64,000 nt of DNA, taken from the NCBI RefSeq assembly GCF_001194135.2, contig NC_068986.1:383190-447189 (forward strand). The letters run 5' to 3'. Of the stretch, positions 51,530 to 64,000 are shown one piece after another (within the stretch, counting starts at the first letter, position 1; the number at the start of each line of letters is the position of its first letter). A program made the position numbers and the translations under genes. Below the pieces are notes generated by a model. That model made no database searches and was not told where the DNA came from. It was given only the letters and a program-made list of their open reading frames with translations. Origin of the DNA: Octopus bimaculoides (Eukaryota).

Positions 51530-52285
51530 TCAGCAGGTGGCAGATTCGTCAGCACGCTGGACAAAATGCTTAGTTTTGAGCTCAAATACCACCGAGTCGA
51601 CTTTGCCTTTCATGATTCCGGGGCCAATAAAATGAGTATCTGTTGAGCACTAGGATCGATGTAACTGACCATCCCCCTCTCCCAAAATTCCAGGTCTTGT
51701 GCCTATAGTAGAAAGAATTATTGTTACCACCATCATTGCGGAGAACTGGCAGAATCTATAGAGTGTAGGACAAAATGTTTTGTGGTACAACTTCCGACTC
51801 ATTACGTTGTGAGTTCAAATTCCACCGAAGTCAAATTTGTCTTTCATTCTTTCAGGTTCGATAAAATAAGTACCAGTCATCTATTGTGGTCGACTAAAAC
51901 CCTCTCCTTAAAATTGCTGTTCTTTAGCCAAAATCTGAAACCGGTATATTTTTTTCGCCATCAACATCCTTATCTTCGTCATCGTCATCATCGTCATTAT
52001 CATCACCACCACTATTATAACTATCACCACAAGTTATTATTACCATCATCATCATCATCATCAACTCGGCGAGATGACAGAATCGTTAAAAGGGCCGGGC
52101 GAAATGCTTAGCAATATTTCATCTGCCGCTACATTGTGATGTCAAATTCCGCCGAGATCAACTTTGCCTTTCTTCCTTTCGGGGTCGATAAATTAAGTAC
52201 CAGTGAAACACTGGGGTCGATATAATCGATTAGTCCCCTCACACCAGGTTTCAGGCCTTGTGCCTTAAGTAGAAAGGATTATTAC
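51530..52285 (+). mobile_element. three SINE family B copies separated by (CAT)n tracts
   Basis: Heads at about 51535, 51740 and 52065. Confidence 0.85.
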
Positions 52286-52499
52286 TATCATTATCCAGCG
52301 AGGAATATTCTAAATGTTTACTTGTCCTGCGAAAACATAGCCAAACCTCCATTAAAGCACATCCTATCGCCTGAAAAAACAGGAAAGGACACATTGAAAA
52401 AGGTAATTCAGGCGCACAGTAGGGGTCTGTCGTGAAAAAGAGGGAGCGGTCATTGCTGGAATATTTGTCATTATCTTTCCTCTACTGACATTGCGTCGG

Positions 52500-52690
52500 T
52501 CACGACGACTAGAGTTCCAGCTGATCCGATTAACGGAACAGCCAACTGAGATTAACGTGTAAGTGGCTGAGCACTCCGCAGACACGCGTACCCATAGCGT
52601 AATTCTCAAGGAGATTCAGAGTGACACAGCATTTAACAAGACTGGCCCCTTGAAATAGAGGTACAACTCATTTCTGGCAACTGAGTAACG
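52500..52690 (-). mobile_element. SINE family C body
   Basis: GAGTTCCAGCTGATCCGATTAACGGAACAG...GTGGCTGAGCACTCCGCAGACAC, matching the 10800-10870 segment in reverse. Confidence 0.7.
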
Positions 52691-52944
52691 CACTGCCATA
52701 TATCGTACTCACATTATAATCGTGAGCCTATAACTTTCACTCACCTTTCCTCTGTCGGCGCCAACTCATAGCTAAACAAGAGCCAAAAATAGCAATAAGG
52801 ACTACAACAACAACGGTAGCAACAATATACAACAAAGACGACAGCAGTACCAACAAGAGAAGTAGTAAACAACAGCACAGTGACTTTCCCATCATCACCG
52901 TTTTCATACGTCACCGTTTTCATAGCCATTTCCTCTCTCTCTCT

Positions 52945-52998
<54 letters not shown>

Positions 52999-53369
52999 NN
53001 NNNNNNNNATATATATATATATAAATATATATATATAAATATATATATATGTGTGTGTGTTCCTCAAAATTGGCTACGTTGTGCTCGAAGAAGTATCTTA
53101 GTAGCTAGGGCTCTCGTAGCGTCCTTTTCTCCATAAATATAGAAGTCCACTGCAAGTGGTTAGTGATCTCTTCTTGTAGTAAGACTGACACGCTACGGGA
53201 GCTGTCCAACGATGACCAGCTATGCAGTACAGCACGGAACAGAAATAAAGAAACAGAGTCGACCCCAGTATTTTGTTTGATGCGTAAAAACGGTCTGAGT
53301 GTAAGAGGATATTATCAGGACTGAAGCAAGTACAACAAGGTATTTTTGTCTAACGCAACGATTGTTCTA

Positions 53370-53374
53370 TCGTT

Positions 53375-53411
<37 letters not shown>

Positions 53412-53760
53412 ATGCTTAAAGCTCGCTCTGCAAGCTTGGTGTTTCGGGTTTAGTCCTATTGAGTAGCTCCTCCGACTACAGCTCCAAGCCAACCAATGCC
53501 TTGTGAGCAAATTTGGTTGACGGAATCTGTGCAAAAGCCAGGCGTATATGCGTATATGAGTGTGCACGCGCGCACGGGTGTAATGACTGTCCCTCCCCCA
53601 CCACTTGATGTACAGTGTTGATTTGTTTACGCTTCCGTTACCGCACTGTTCAGCAAAAAAAAAAAAAAAAAAAGAGGACGGGTTTATTCGACAGATCCTT
53701 CGAGACAACGTCCCACCATGACTGCAGTTCAACGACTGAAACAGGTAAAAGACAAACGGC
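53370..53760 (+). mobile_element. SINE family A, degenerate
   Basis: CCAATGCCTTGTGAGCAAATTTGGTTGACGG and CATGACTGCAGTTCAACGACTGAAACAGGTAAAAGA. Confidence 0.75.
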
Positions 53761-54534
53761 GCATCTGACAGGTTTTTTTTCTTTTGCTGACTTTCAATTT
53801 CAAAACATTGATTGTTGAACGTTTGGTATCAAATGCTTGGCCATTTTCCATGCATTAAAACCGAAAACACAAACACGTAAAAGCAGAGACGAACCTTTTA
53901 ACCACGCGCTTATCTCTATGCACTCACCATAGAGACATTATTTTTACTGTTGTATATTATCTGATATATAAATTCTCATTTTGTTCAGTTTGTCTTTTTT
54001 CATATCTATTTTCTTTTGTTTCCATGCTGCTATTGCCACAGCTGTTGTTGTTGCTGTTATTTTGCTAAGAAACAATTTGCAAGAAATATATAAGACGGAA
54101 GCTGAATACCTTTCAGATATTGTTCTAATATTTGTGTTTAATATGATAAAGCCTCGGGAAAAAATGTGGCATTCAGTGAAAACGAACGCTCGCAGTAATT
54201 CCATTTCCATGCTGCTTGAACTGAATATTAGTTCATAGCTTAAGGCTTCCCACTTATTAGGTTATTCAACTATGTTCAAGTTAACAACCATTTGATTGGT
54301 TTTATGCAGTGTGTAATTATTTAGTCCTTCCATAAGGCACGCCTTGAAGGTACGAACATTGTTTGCATTGTAACACATTGAATGTACTTTATTTTGAGAG
54401 TTGCAATCATCTTTGTCACCATCATCGTCGTCGTCGCTGCTGTCAACATCATCCTCGTTCTCCTCCTCCTCCTCCTCATCATCATCATCATTTAATAATA
54501 ATAATAGTTATTATTATTATTATTATTATTATTA

Positions 54535-55052
54535 TTGAGAGAAGAGTGCATACCATCAAAGTGACGCTGGGGTAAAATATACGAAGCCCAGTATACCCGT
54601 TATGACTACCCGTCTGATAAGAGTTCACCAGGCTTATGCATCATAACCATATATGCGCGACATAGGGATCTCATATCAAAGTAAACAGCACATGACCTTG
54701 TAGGTTGTGTCCAGTTAGAATTTTCTTCAGGTCGAGTCGCCCATCTCGCTCAAAAGGTCCCTGAATAAGGGTTGTTAAAGGATGTTGAACGAAACACCCA
54801 TGTTTCCAAAGGTGAATTATCCAAGCCCCAAAGAATTCCTCTCAACACATGGCTACGATGCTTCCCCACTACTTCTGCTGCATATATCGTCAGCCACCAA
54901 GGGACATGCTCAGCTGGTTAAGGTCAAGCAATTGACAAGCAAGTCTGTGGTAGTGAACAGAATATTTGCTGTAGCCCATCTTTTATACCAAGACAAAACA
55001 ATGTACATGATAACACTTCCAGTCAGTTAAGACCAGAAGCCATGAGAGCCAA
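54535..55052. repeat. unclassified, probably repeat-derived, GC-richer block
   Basis: Abuts an (ATT)n tract on one side and a SINE on the other; class not determined. Confidence 0.35.
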
Positions 55053-55293
55053 GGCAGTGAGCTGGCAGAGTCGTTAGCACGTCAGGTGAAATGCTCAGTG
55101 ATACTCCGCCCATCTTCATGTTCTGAGTTCAAATTCCGCCCATCTTCACGTTCTGAGTTCAAATTCCGCCGTAGTCGACTGTACTATTCATCCTTTAGGA
55201 GTTGATAAAATAAGTACCAGTTGCGTACTGGAGTCAATGTAATCGACTGTCACCTCGCACAAAATTTCAGACCTTGTGCCTATAACAGAAAGG

Positions 55294-55295
<2 letters not shown>
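55053..55295 (+). mobile_element. SINE family B with a 30-bp internal duplication of the B box
   Basis: CATCTTCA(T/C)GTTCTGAGTTCAAATTCCGCC at 55111-55140 and 55141-55170. Confidence 0.9.
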
Positions 55296-55344
<49 letters not shown>

Positions 55345-55357
55345 ATTATTACTATTA

Positions 55358-55600
55358 AGGTGAACTGGTAGAATCGTTAGTTAGCACGCTGGGCAAAGTC
55401 TTTAGTGACATTTTGTCCGGCTTTATGTTCTGAGTTAAGATTCCACCGAGGTAGACTTTGCCTTCCATCCAACCGGGTCGATAAAATAAAAACCAGTTTA
55501 CTAGTTGAGTGCTGGGGATCGATGTCGAAATTGGCTGTCTTGTGTCAAAATTTGAAATTCCCCCAACGTTTCAGGCCTCATGCTTATCGTAGAAATAATT
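55358..55600 (+). mobile_element. SINE family B
   Basis: CTGGTAGAATCGTTAG...GAGGTAGACTTTGCCTTCCATCC. Confidence 0.85.
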
Positions 55601-55615
55601 GTTGTTATTATTATT

Positions 55616-55961
55616 GCCTTTGCACAGCTTCTAACGCTGGAGATGTACTACAGTATCAGATGTTCACTACCAGTGAACTAAGGTAACACCTCTTATTTTT
55701 CGAGCACCCTCCGGAGTATCCGAGCGGTTCCAAGCAGCGCTGTTTTCTGCAAGTGCTCCACCCTTGTTGCAACCCCTATTTGTTCCATGTACTTCTCGAG
55801 ATTTTACTCACTGTTCCCAGGGCTCCAACAATTATTGGTACTACAATCACATTTTTCATCGACCACAACTGCTTTACCTCCCAAACTAACCTGTCATACC
55901 TATCGTCTTTTCTTTCTTCTTTATCGCATACCTTGTTGTCAGCTGGGCATGCTATATCTAT
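55616..55961 (-). mobile_element. R4/Dong-like subfamily A, 3' end (RLE C-terminus and UTR)
   Basis: IDIACPADNKVCDKEERK...QKTALLGTARI, nearly identical to 28143-28478; AAT repeats follow the 3' end. Confidence 0.93.
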
Positions 55962-56590
55962 TTCTCTACTTCGATATTCTCAATTGAAACTGATTCTTCG
56001 ATTAAGAAACATTTATTGCCCGAATCCTCCTTGACAACAATATCTGGATGCATTTCCTTCGTCTTCCTGTTTTCGTATATTGTCCTAAAACTTACTTTGT
56101 TATTTTGTGTGTCATTTCGTGGTGTGTTCCTATAGTACCACCTTTTCCATGGTGTTTCACAATACTTGGATAACGTCGAGTTTATACAAGTCCCAAATCT
56201 GTAGATGTATACTCTTTCGGTTAAGACTGGGTAGCAAGAGATAAAGTGAACTGAGTAGCCAGAGACCATGACATATTCTACAGTTACTCTGTTCTGTTTC
56301 CTTACAAGCTTTGCTAGTTTTTGATGGAAAGGCTTTGATCTTTTGTCGCAATCAAGAATCCTTCAGACTCAGCTTTGTATTCTGTGCTTCTTAGACAATA
56401 TCGGAAACTATCCTTACCTAACTCACCCTTATCCAGCTTTTGCAATTACTAGACATGTAAGGACTATTCTCACCATCATTGTATCATGGTATAACACTTG
56501 CACTTTACATTTTTCAACAATTCTATTGTTCCTCCTTATTTTTCATAACTATTTGTCATTTCAACCTCTGTTTCGTATTTGTTGTTTTCC
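55962..56590 (-). mobile_element. R4/Dong-like subfamily B, zinc-knuckle to RLE region
   Basis: KAESEGFLIATKDQSL, NCRICHG and HPDIVVKEDSGNKCFLIE. Confidence 0.8.
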
Positions 56591-56899
56591 TTGAAGATAG
56601 AAAATGGTTTTATTTTGACTTTGATATATTTCTAAGCGATTTTTATTAATTTTCCTTTTTTCTTTCTTTTTTTTTAAATTTTTCTTTACTAAATACTTCT
56701 CGTCCGACAGTGAATATTTTATTATTATTTTCCCGCCTCGTAAAGGTCCGCGATTCTGTATGAGTGTTAAACATAATCATTCTGTGCCGGATTTTCTGGT
56801 GGGTGTATTCTAAAAGCAGTTTTTATCTTTCTCTTTTCTGCTTAGTCTTGCTAGTTCGTTTAGCGTCAAGTATTAGTAACACTGTATTCTAATTTCTCC

Positions 56900-57033
56900 A
56901 GCGCTAAGGCCATCACCAACGTCAACATTATTATAATAACATTATCAAAGATACAAGTACTAACACAGTCATCATCACAGCTACTACCACCGTTACCAAC
57001 ACTAGCCATACCAACACTTGTAGCACCATCAGT

Positions 57034-57067
<34 letters not shown>

Positions 57068-57760
57068 CCACCACCGCCATCCCTACCACCATCACAAACG
57101 CTACCAGTACCAATACTACTACCATCATCATCATCATCAACATCATAATCAATACCACAGCACCAACGGTCATTAACAGTACCATCACCAATATCATCTT
57201 CATCATCATCTTCCTCCTCCTCCTCCTCCTCATCATCATCGTCTTCATCCCTACCACCACCACCATCACCACCATCATCATCATCATCACTGTCATAAAC
57301 ACCAACAGTCACCAACGCAAGGAAGACGACCACCTCCGCCACAAACAAACAACACCATCAACAGCAGCAACAAAAACTACTGCAGCAACAATAAATATCA
57401 TCATCACCATCATGATCATCTTCATGATCACCACCACCATTACCATCATCATCACCATAAGCCACAACACCGCTAGCCATTACCATCATCATCATCACCT
57501 ATATCACTATCATCGTCATCAACACTATCACCAGCACAGACCAACAGCGACAGTGTCAACAACAACACCATCATCATCATCATCGTCACTACCATTACCA
57601 CCATCGCCAACAACATCACGATCACCAGACCACCACCATGGTCATCATCATCATCGTCATCATCATCATCATCATCATAAATAGCACTACTAACACCTGC
57701 GCCACACTACTGCTGCCACCACGCTTATCACCAGCAACACCAACATCATCAAGCAATCAT
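56900..57760. repeat. (CAT/CAC/CCT)n low-complexity region
   Basis: Direct. Confidence 0.9.
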
Positions 57761-58539
57761 AACAATGGCTTATTGTTGTTATAGTTTTTGTTGTTGTAAT
57801 CTAACAGACATCTTCAGAACTAATGAGTTTATCAAAACAAAAATAAATGAAATTAAATATAGACATCATTTTTCTCTATATCATTGCTTGATTATTGTCA
57901 ATGCAAATAATTCTAATCAATATTTATTGTTCACACAAAATTAACAAAGAACAGAACGAGATCGGTTTCCACGAGTACGAAACTGTTTTGGTTATTCTTT
58001 GTTCCTTGTATATTTTACGTAACTTTAACAGTTTTAGATTTTTGCCATCCTAAAATCCATCAACGAGTTATTGGTCAATTTGACATAACGATTGGGGTGG
58101 CTGTGAAAGTACTGTAAAATGAACGAGTGTTTCATTCTACCACCTTTGTTGGGTTAACGATTCATGTTGGCAGGGTTTTGGGATAATAAGAGTTCTAACA
58201 AGATACGCCACATCCATCTGTAATTCCCAGACGAGGAATTGCTGGACATTGCTCTTTCAATGGGTAACTCATAAACGTCTGTGTAAGCGACGTGGACCGT
58301 CTAGTTAACCATAAGGATAAATTTGTTGAAGAGGAGCAATGTCAACGTGGTGGTGGTGGTGGTGGACGTTGTTTAGACTCTAGTCAGCCCTGATCAAACA
58401 GTTCCAGTTCGATCCTGCCTTTTGCTTCAAAAGGTAGCGGCCAATTAGTCTTTCTGTTTTTAGAGTGATTATTTGAAGGTGATGCCACTTCTATTTCTAG
58501 CAATCAGAGCGACATGTTAGAAACTCCATTACGGATAGT

Positions 58540-58915
58540 ACTTTCATACTTATGCTACTTTCCCTCTGTAACTTGAAGGATATCATATGCATCGAAAGGA
58601 GACTAAACAAGTTCACCCTGGAAAATATTCACAAATACTTGAGAGAAACAAATACTTCAGAGAATCCATCATCCAAAAGAAGCTTAGCCATTTTGGACAC
58701 ATATCAAGAAATAATGACACATTGGAAATCAATGTGTTTAAATAGAGAATGGAAGGAAGCGGCTTCCGAGGCAGGCGGGTATATCTTGGATCAACAACAC
58801 AAACAAGGGCACCTACGTCACTCCTGGAGTCGCCAGACGTTTGACTGTCACAAGATTGCAAACGAACAAATTAGTTGCGGGACTTTATCAGGAGATCCTG
58901 CGCGGTGCTGACGCC
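58540..58915 (+). mobile_element. RTE-clade LINE 3' fragment
   Basis: IIQKKLSHFGHISRNNDTLE...RMEGSGFRGR, the typical RTE C-terminal FGHI.R...GR motif. Confidence 0.75.
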
Positions 58916-61811
58916 TCTAGATATTGTGACAAAGTCACTCGGCCATTTCTATAGGAGATTCACAAATATTTTCTTAGCCTGAAGACGTAATCAAAGTCAA
59001 ATATTGGAGATTTGTGAATAATGATTCCATACAAATGACATGTTTTCTTTGTAAAATATGTCTTCCCTGCTTTAGTAACCACTTATGACAGCCGTCTCCA
59101 TACAGGAGTAAGAAAAGCAAATTCTTTTTGCAATTATATATGAAGCTATCTTTCAATGTGTCGTGAGCATAGATGTGTGAAAGGAGGAGAAAGGGAGAGA
59201 GAGAGAATGAGAGAGAGAGAGCGCGAGCATAAGTGAAGATACTACTTTACAAAAACATATATTGCTTTCATTTATCTTAACCCCATATTTCTGTGTATGT
59301 GTGTGTGTGTGTGTGTGTCACACATACACACCAATGATTGGATGTGTATGAGTGTACGCATGTGCGTGTGTTTGTGCGTATGCACTGTGTGAGTGCAAGT
59401 CCTTGTGTGTGTATATACAAGCACATACATATACACGCCTATATATATACATGCACACATATATACACACGCATACATATACATACACATACACATACAT
59501 ATACATGCATGTGTACACATACATATATGTACATTCATGTATACACACACATACACACGTACACACGCTCACACATTTACCAGGCGAACGAGAGAGTAGC
59601 AGCCAAAGGATTATCTGAATTCATACCTTNNNNNNNNNNNNNNNNNNNNNNNNNNNNNNNNNNNNNNNNNNNNNNNNNNNNNNNNNNNNNNNNNNNNNNN
59701 NNNNNNNNNNNNNNNNNNNNNNNNNNNNNNNNNNNNNNNNNNNNNNNNNNNNNNNNNNNNNNNNNNNNNNNNNNNNNNNNNNNNNNNNNNNNNNNNNNNN
59801 NNNNNNNNNNNNNNNNNNNNNNNNNNNNNNNNNNNNNNNNNNNNNNNNNNNNNNNNNNNNNNNNNNNNNNNNNNNNNNNNNNNNNNNNNNNNNNNNNNNN
59901 NNNNNNNNNNNNNNNNNNNNNNNNNNNNNNNNNNNNNNNNNNNNNNNNNNNNNNNNNNNNNNNNNNNNNNNNNNNNNNNNNNNNNNNNNNNNNNNNNNNN
60001 NNNNNNNNNNNNNNNNNNNNNNNNNNNNNNNNNNNNNNNNNNNNNNNNNNNNNNNNNNNNNNNNNNNNNNNNNNNNNNNNNNNNNNNNNNNNNNNNNNNN
60101 NNNNNNNNNNNNNNNNNNNNNNNNNNNNNNNNNNNNNNNNNNNNNNNNNNNNNNNNNNNNNNNNNNNNNNNNNNNNNNNNNNNNNNNNNNNNNNNNNNNN
60201 ATATATATACATACGAAATATATAGTTATATAAATATAATTATAAGAAAGGCACTAATGAGTAGCGCCACACGCTAGAAATAGACACCAAATGGCTCTAA
60301 GAACTACATTATTTGCCCTTTCTTATACTTTGCATTCGAGCTTTGGGTGTATGATAGGTTTTTGCTTTGTTGTTGGAGTGCATAAGAAAACTTACAAAAC
60401 GTTTCAGTCTTACAAATTATTCTTCATGCACACACCCACACACACACACTGATACACGCCAATTGTCATATATACACACACACTCCTATGTAAAAGCACA
60501 ATACTTTCATACGGATGCAAGTTGAGTCAATAAGTAAAACTCGCACGAATGCGAGACTGATAGAATGGTATATAGAAAAAAATTATAAAAGAATGAAATT
60601 CCATTAAGGTGATGGAGCAATGAATATAGATAAATGGGTGATGGCTAAAGAATAAATGAAAATGGCTTTTGAGTGTTCAATTACGAAATAAACGATTAAA
60701 TGTATCTGCCGTGAATCTTTACATGTATTTTTGTTAATTTTCGTAAATTCTCTTCCAGAGGACTCTTGTTAAGTCCTTTACTCTATAAAGCGGTTTCTTG
60801 CTTTATTCGCTTTACTTCATACTACTTTGACTTCCAGGTCATTTTTATTTTATTTTAAATTCACCTTCATTTTTCAATCCATTATAAGCGATTTTGATTT
60901 ACTTTGCCACGTGTCTTTTATTCAAATTTTATATTTACATAAATTTTTATTTGTATGTATTTGCACATTTTTATAAATGCATATATTTATAAATTTATTA
61001 TTTTTATCACATGCATGTATAATATGTATTTTCTGTTCAAGAGATAAAGAAACATTTCTTATCATCAATATCGCCATTTAACATTCATCAGCAAAAACTA
61101 TTTATTCTTTATCCATCTCCCATCCACCTCAATTCATTTCTTCAGCACCGTCATTTCCATAATTTTTTTAATGTATCTTTCTATCAATTTTATATACGAA
61201 CAGGCGTGCGTCCATATAAAGGAGAACGTGCGTATGACAGTGTGTTGATATCTTCGAGCGTGTTCGTGAGATGTGTGTGTGTATGTATAAGTTAGTGTAT
61301 GCTTATACGCATATACGTAGAAAACAGTTAAGGTGTGAACAAGAAACTCAAGAAGACATATGTGCGAAATATTTTGACATGTTCTGATGTCTTCTCACAG
61401 AAAAGATAAATGACAGAACAGTAGCCTTCCATTAAAAATAGAAGAATATTAAGGTTTCTAACATTTTCGCATTTTAAGACAGAAGCTCTCTATATATTAG
61501 TTGTACATGCACAAGCATTCACTGTCGTCTAATTATTGTTTATGTATTTGTTTAGCAAGATTCCTGAATGAACTAAAGAGAACAGGTAGAAACACGTGGG
61601 ATGGAGTGTCGCTCAAGAAGTCATAGGGTGTGTGACGAAAGATTTCAGACAAAGAGAACTGAAATTAAAGCAATTATTAAGCTGATGTGAAGAAGGAATA
61701 TATAGTGTGTTAGTGTGTGTGTGTTTATTTGGCATAGACAATCACAATCTCTACATATAACAATACTCGCGCGCGCACTCACATGCACACGCATATATAT
61801 ATATATATATA

Positions 61812-62470
61812 CGAGGTCGTATCAAAAGGCTCTTGGACTAGTCATGTTTAATAAAAAATGTTTATTTACCTCAGTTTTAACATCATCGCTTCGAAATAGT
61901 CACCTTGCGCAGCAACACACCCATCCCAGCGTTCCTCCCACTTTTGGAATCCAGTCTGGAAGTTGTTTTTCGTAAGAGAGTCGAGGACTTTCTGCGATTC
62001 GCTCTGGATCTCGGCAACGATGTTAAAACGGCAACCTTTGAGCTACATTTTCATCTTGGGGAAGAGATGGAAGCCCGTTGGTGCTAAATCTGGGGAATAG
62101 GACGGGTGTGGAAGCGATGACATGTTGTTTTTGTCGAGAAACTCACGAGGGAAGAGTGCTTGGAGAGAGGGTTAGGAGCCCTCGGTGAAGAAACCAATTA
62201 TTAGTACTTCACAAATCTGGTCGCTTTCACCGAATTATTTCCTCCCTCAAACACTTCAAAACGTCGCAGTAAAACTCTCGATTGATGGTCTGACCCTGGA
62301 GGGCAAATTCTCGAAGCACAATACCACATTTCTGGGGTTGACGCTGGTGACAAGTCATCCAGACCACTCATTGTTTTCCAGAGACTTTCATCCGCTTTTG
62401 AAGCGCCTGTGCTACCTGAAACATTGCGTACGACTCATTATCAGTAACGGATCTACCATAAAACTAATGA
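61812..62470 (-). mobile_element. internally deleted mariner element with a 3' TIR, same family as 22640-23464
   Basis: TA|CGAGGTCGTATCAAAAGGCTCTTGGACTAG TIR; the minus strand encodes FHLFPKMKM*LKG and ends GDYFE; same deletion junction as the other copy. Confidence 0.9.
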
Positions 62471-62719
62471 AGCTTAAGTTTGAGGGACCCTAATCTCGGA
62501 AGGGCCCTGCTGAAGCAACTTAATTTTTTCATTCTATCAATTTTTTGCTTTTGTATTTTGCCATGCAGAGTACTGTTACCAGTCTTTGTGGACGTCAGAT
62601 CATTCTCCTATGCAGAGTCTAGACACACTGTCAGGGCCACCTATTGTTTCTGCTGTTGTGGAGTAGCATAAAAAAAGTACAAACGACTTGCAGATAATTC
62701 ACTTTCCTTGAATTATTTT

Positions 62720-63130
62720 GGAAACTTCAGCCCTGCCCCTCCTATTGTCAGATATGTCTACTACTATATCAGTAGCAAAAGGTCTATGTAAATATATCAC
62801 CTCAAATTATTCTGATATTTCCAAACGCATTGTTACAAAGAAATTTGTAGATAGAACAAATGATAGGGTTTCTTTGAAAGGAGCTGAAAAATTTAGGATA
62901 GAATTTCTAAATCAAGTTTAATGACTGCTTGATAATCCAGTTAAACAAGAGGATGCATTCATATGAGCAGACTGCGAAAAGGTTCAAGTTTCTCTCAGAA
63001 TTGATGAACAATTCAGAATTTGATGAGAACAGTATCAAACTTATAATATCGCATTACAAAGACGATATTAGCGACAAATTAATTAATGAGTGGTATGAGC
63101 TCAAAGAGTATTTGTACCTTAGGAAATCTC
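62720..63130 (+). mobile_element. hAT-like transposase C-terminal fragment
   Basis: EKFRIEFLNQV/DCLIIQLNKRMHSYEQTAKRFKFL...YKDDISDKLINEW. The adjacent 62470-62720 may be an inverted N-terminal part (AW...LLQQGP on the minus strand). Confidence 0.6.
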
Positions 63131-63219
63131 ATAACACAGAAGAAAACACACCATCTAAAATGCACAGAAGCTCTTCAGCTTATTTATGTGCAACAATTGA
63201 AGTGTCCCCCTAATATTCT

Positions 63220-63436
63220 TTTCTACTCTAGGCACAAGGCCCGAGAGTTTGGGGGAAGGGAACAGTTGGCTAGATCGACCCCAGTATGCAACTGGTAATT
63301 AATGTATCGACCTCGAAAGGATGAATGGCAAAGTCGTGAAATAAAGTGTCCTACTCATGAACACAACACGAAACCCGATCCGGCAATCGAACTCACAATC
63401 TCACGATCGTAAGCTCGACGCTCTAACCACTGAGCC

Positions 63437-63440
<4 letters not shown>
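63220..63440 (-). mobile_element. chimeric SINE: family C head joined to family B body and tail
   Basis: GAAAGGATGAATGGCAAAGTCG (B) runs directly into TGAAATAAAGTGTC...AATCGAACTC...CTAACCACTGAGCC (C head, reverse complement). Confidence 0.7.
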
Positions 63441-63480
<40 letters not shown>

Positions 63481-63494
63481 NNNNNNNNNNNNNN

Positions 63495-63530
<36 letters not shown>

Positions 63531-63712
63531 TAGTAATACATCTTATATAATTCTATACAGAGGTAATCACACTGCAGTATGTTGTTTAAAGCTCGTCCAC
63601 GGTATTCGGCTACCTCATGTCAACAACAGTATTGTGTTCTATATGTCACTGGATTAACTTCAGAAATTCTTTTGTGTCTGTAGACTTTATATAAAAAAAG
63701 GTGAGAGGCAGG

Positions 63713-63941
63713 AATGGAATTCACGAGACATTTTATTCAAAACCACTACAATCGTTTCGACTCCTTATGTACCGTACCTTACGGGTGAGATGGTACTTAT
63801 TTGAAAAGTCCCTTGAGGAGATGCACGTGCACTTATAAATCATGACATAGGATTGTGCAGCATCTCACCTGGGAGGTACAGATGCATGATGAGTCAAGAC
63901 GATTTTGGTGGTCTTGAGTAAAGATATTTGTGAATTCCATT
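63713..63941. repeat. fold-back element with arms of about 80 bp and a 68-bp spacer
   Basis: Manual alignment of 63713-63792 with the reverse complement of 63861-63941 gives about 60/81 identity, with perfect AATGGAATTCAC outer ends. Confidence 0.8.
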
Positions 63942-63965
63942 TTCTGTGTCTCGATTTTACGTACA

Positions 63966-64000
<35 letters not shown>

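Noticed and set aside
57943-58003. Pre-miRNA-like hairpin
   Set aside because: Only a 9-bp inverted repeat (AACAAAGAA/TTCTTTGTT); the interior does not pair

Overview
AT-rich eukaryotic DNA that is dense in microsatellites and has 16 N-gaps. The SINE and LINE content points to an octopus genome (inference, not checked against a database). I found no intact protein-coding gene, RNA gene or CRISPR array, and most listed ORFs are gap or low-complexity artefacts. The window is a mosaic of transposon fossils: three tRNA-derived SINE families; RTE, R4/Dong-like and Tx1-like non-LTR elements; mariner, Tc1 (DD34E) and maT (DD37D) elements; Chapaev and hAT elements; and weak LTR-type remnants. The most interesting signal is a short element at 15893-16230. 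It joins a tRNA-like Pol III head, an (AAT)n linker and a tail carrying a minimal type I hammerhead ribozyme. It is preceded by an inverted copy of its own 3' end and bracketed by a 12-bp direct repeat. A second copy of the ribozyme tail lies at 46872-47108 on the minus strand. This looks like a SINE or retrozyme that uses Penelope-like machinery. Other signals are a Tx1-like LINE inside a (GATA)n tract, a Dong-like LINE with a 5' inversion, two fusions between Dong-like subfamilies, a shared-deletion mariner pair and long fold-back hairpins.
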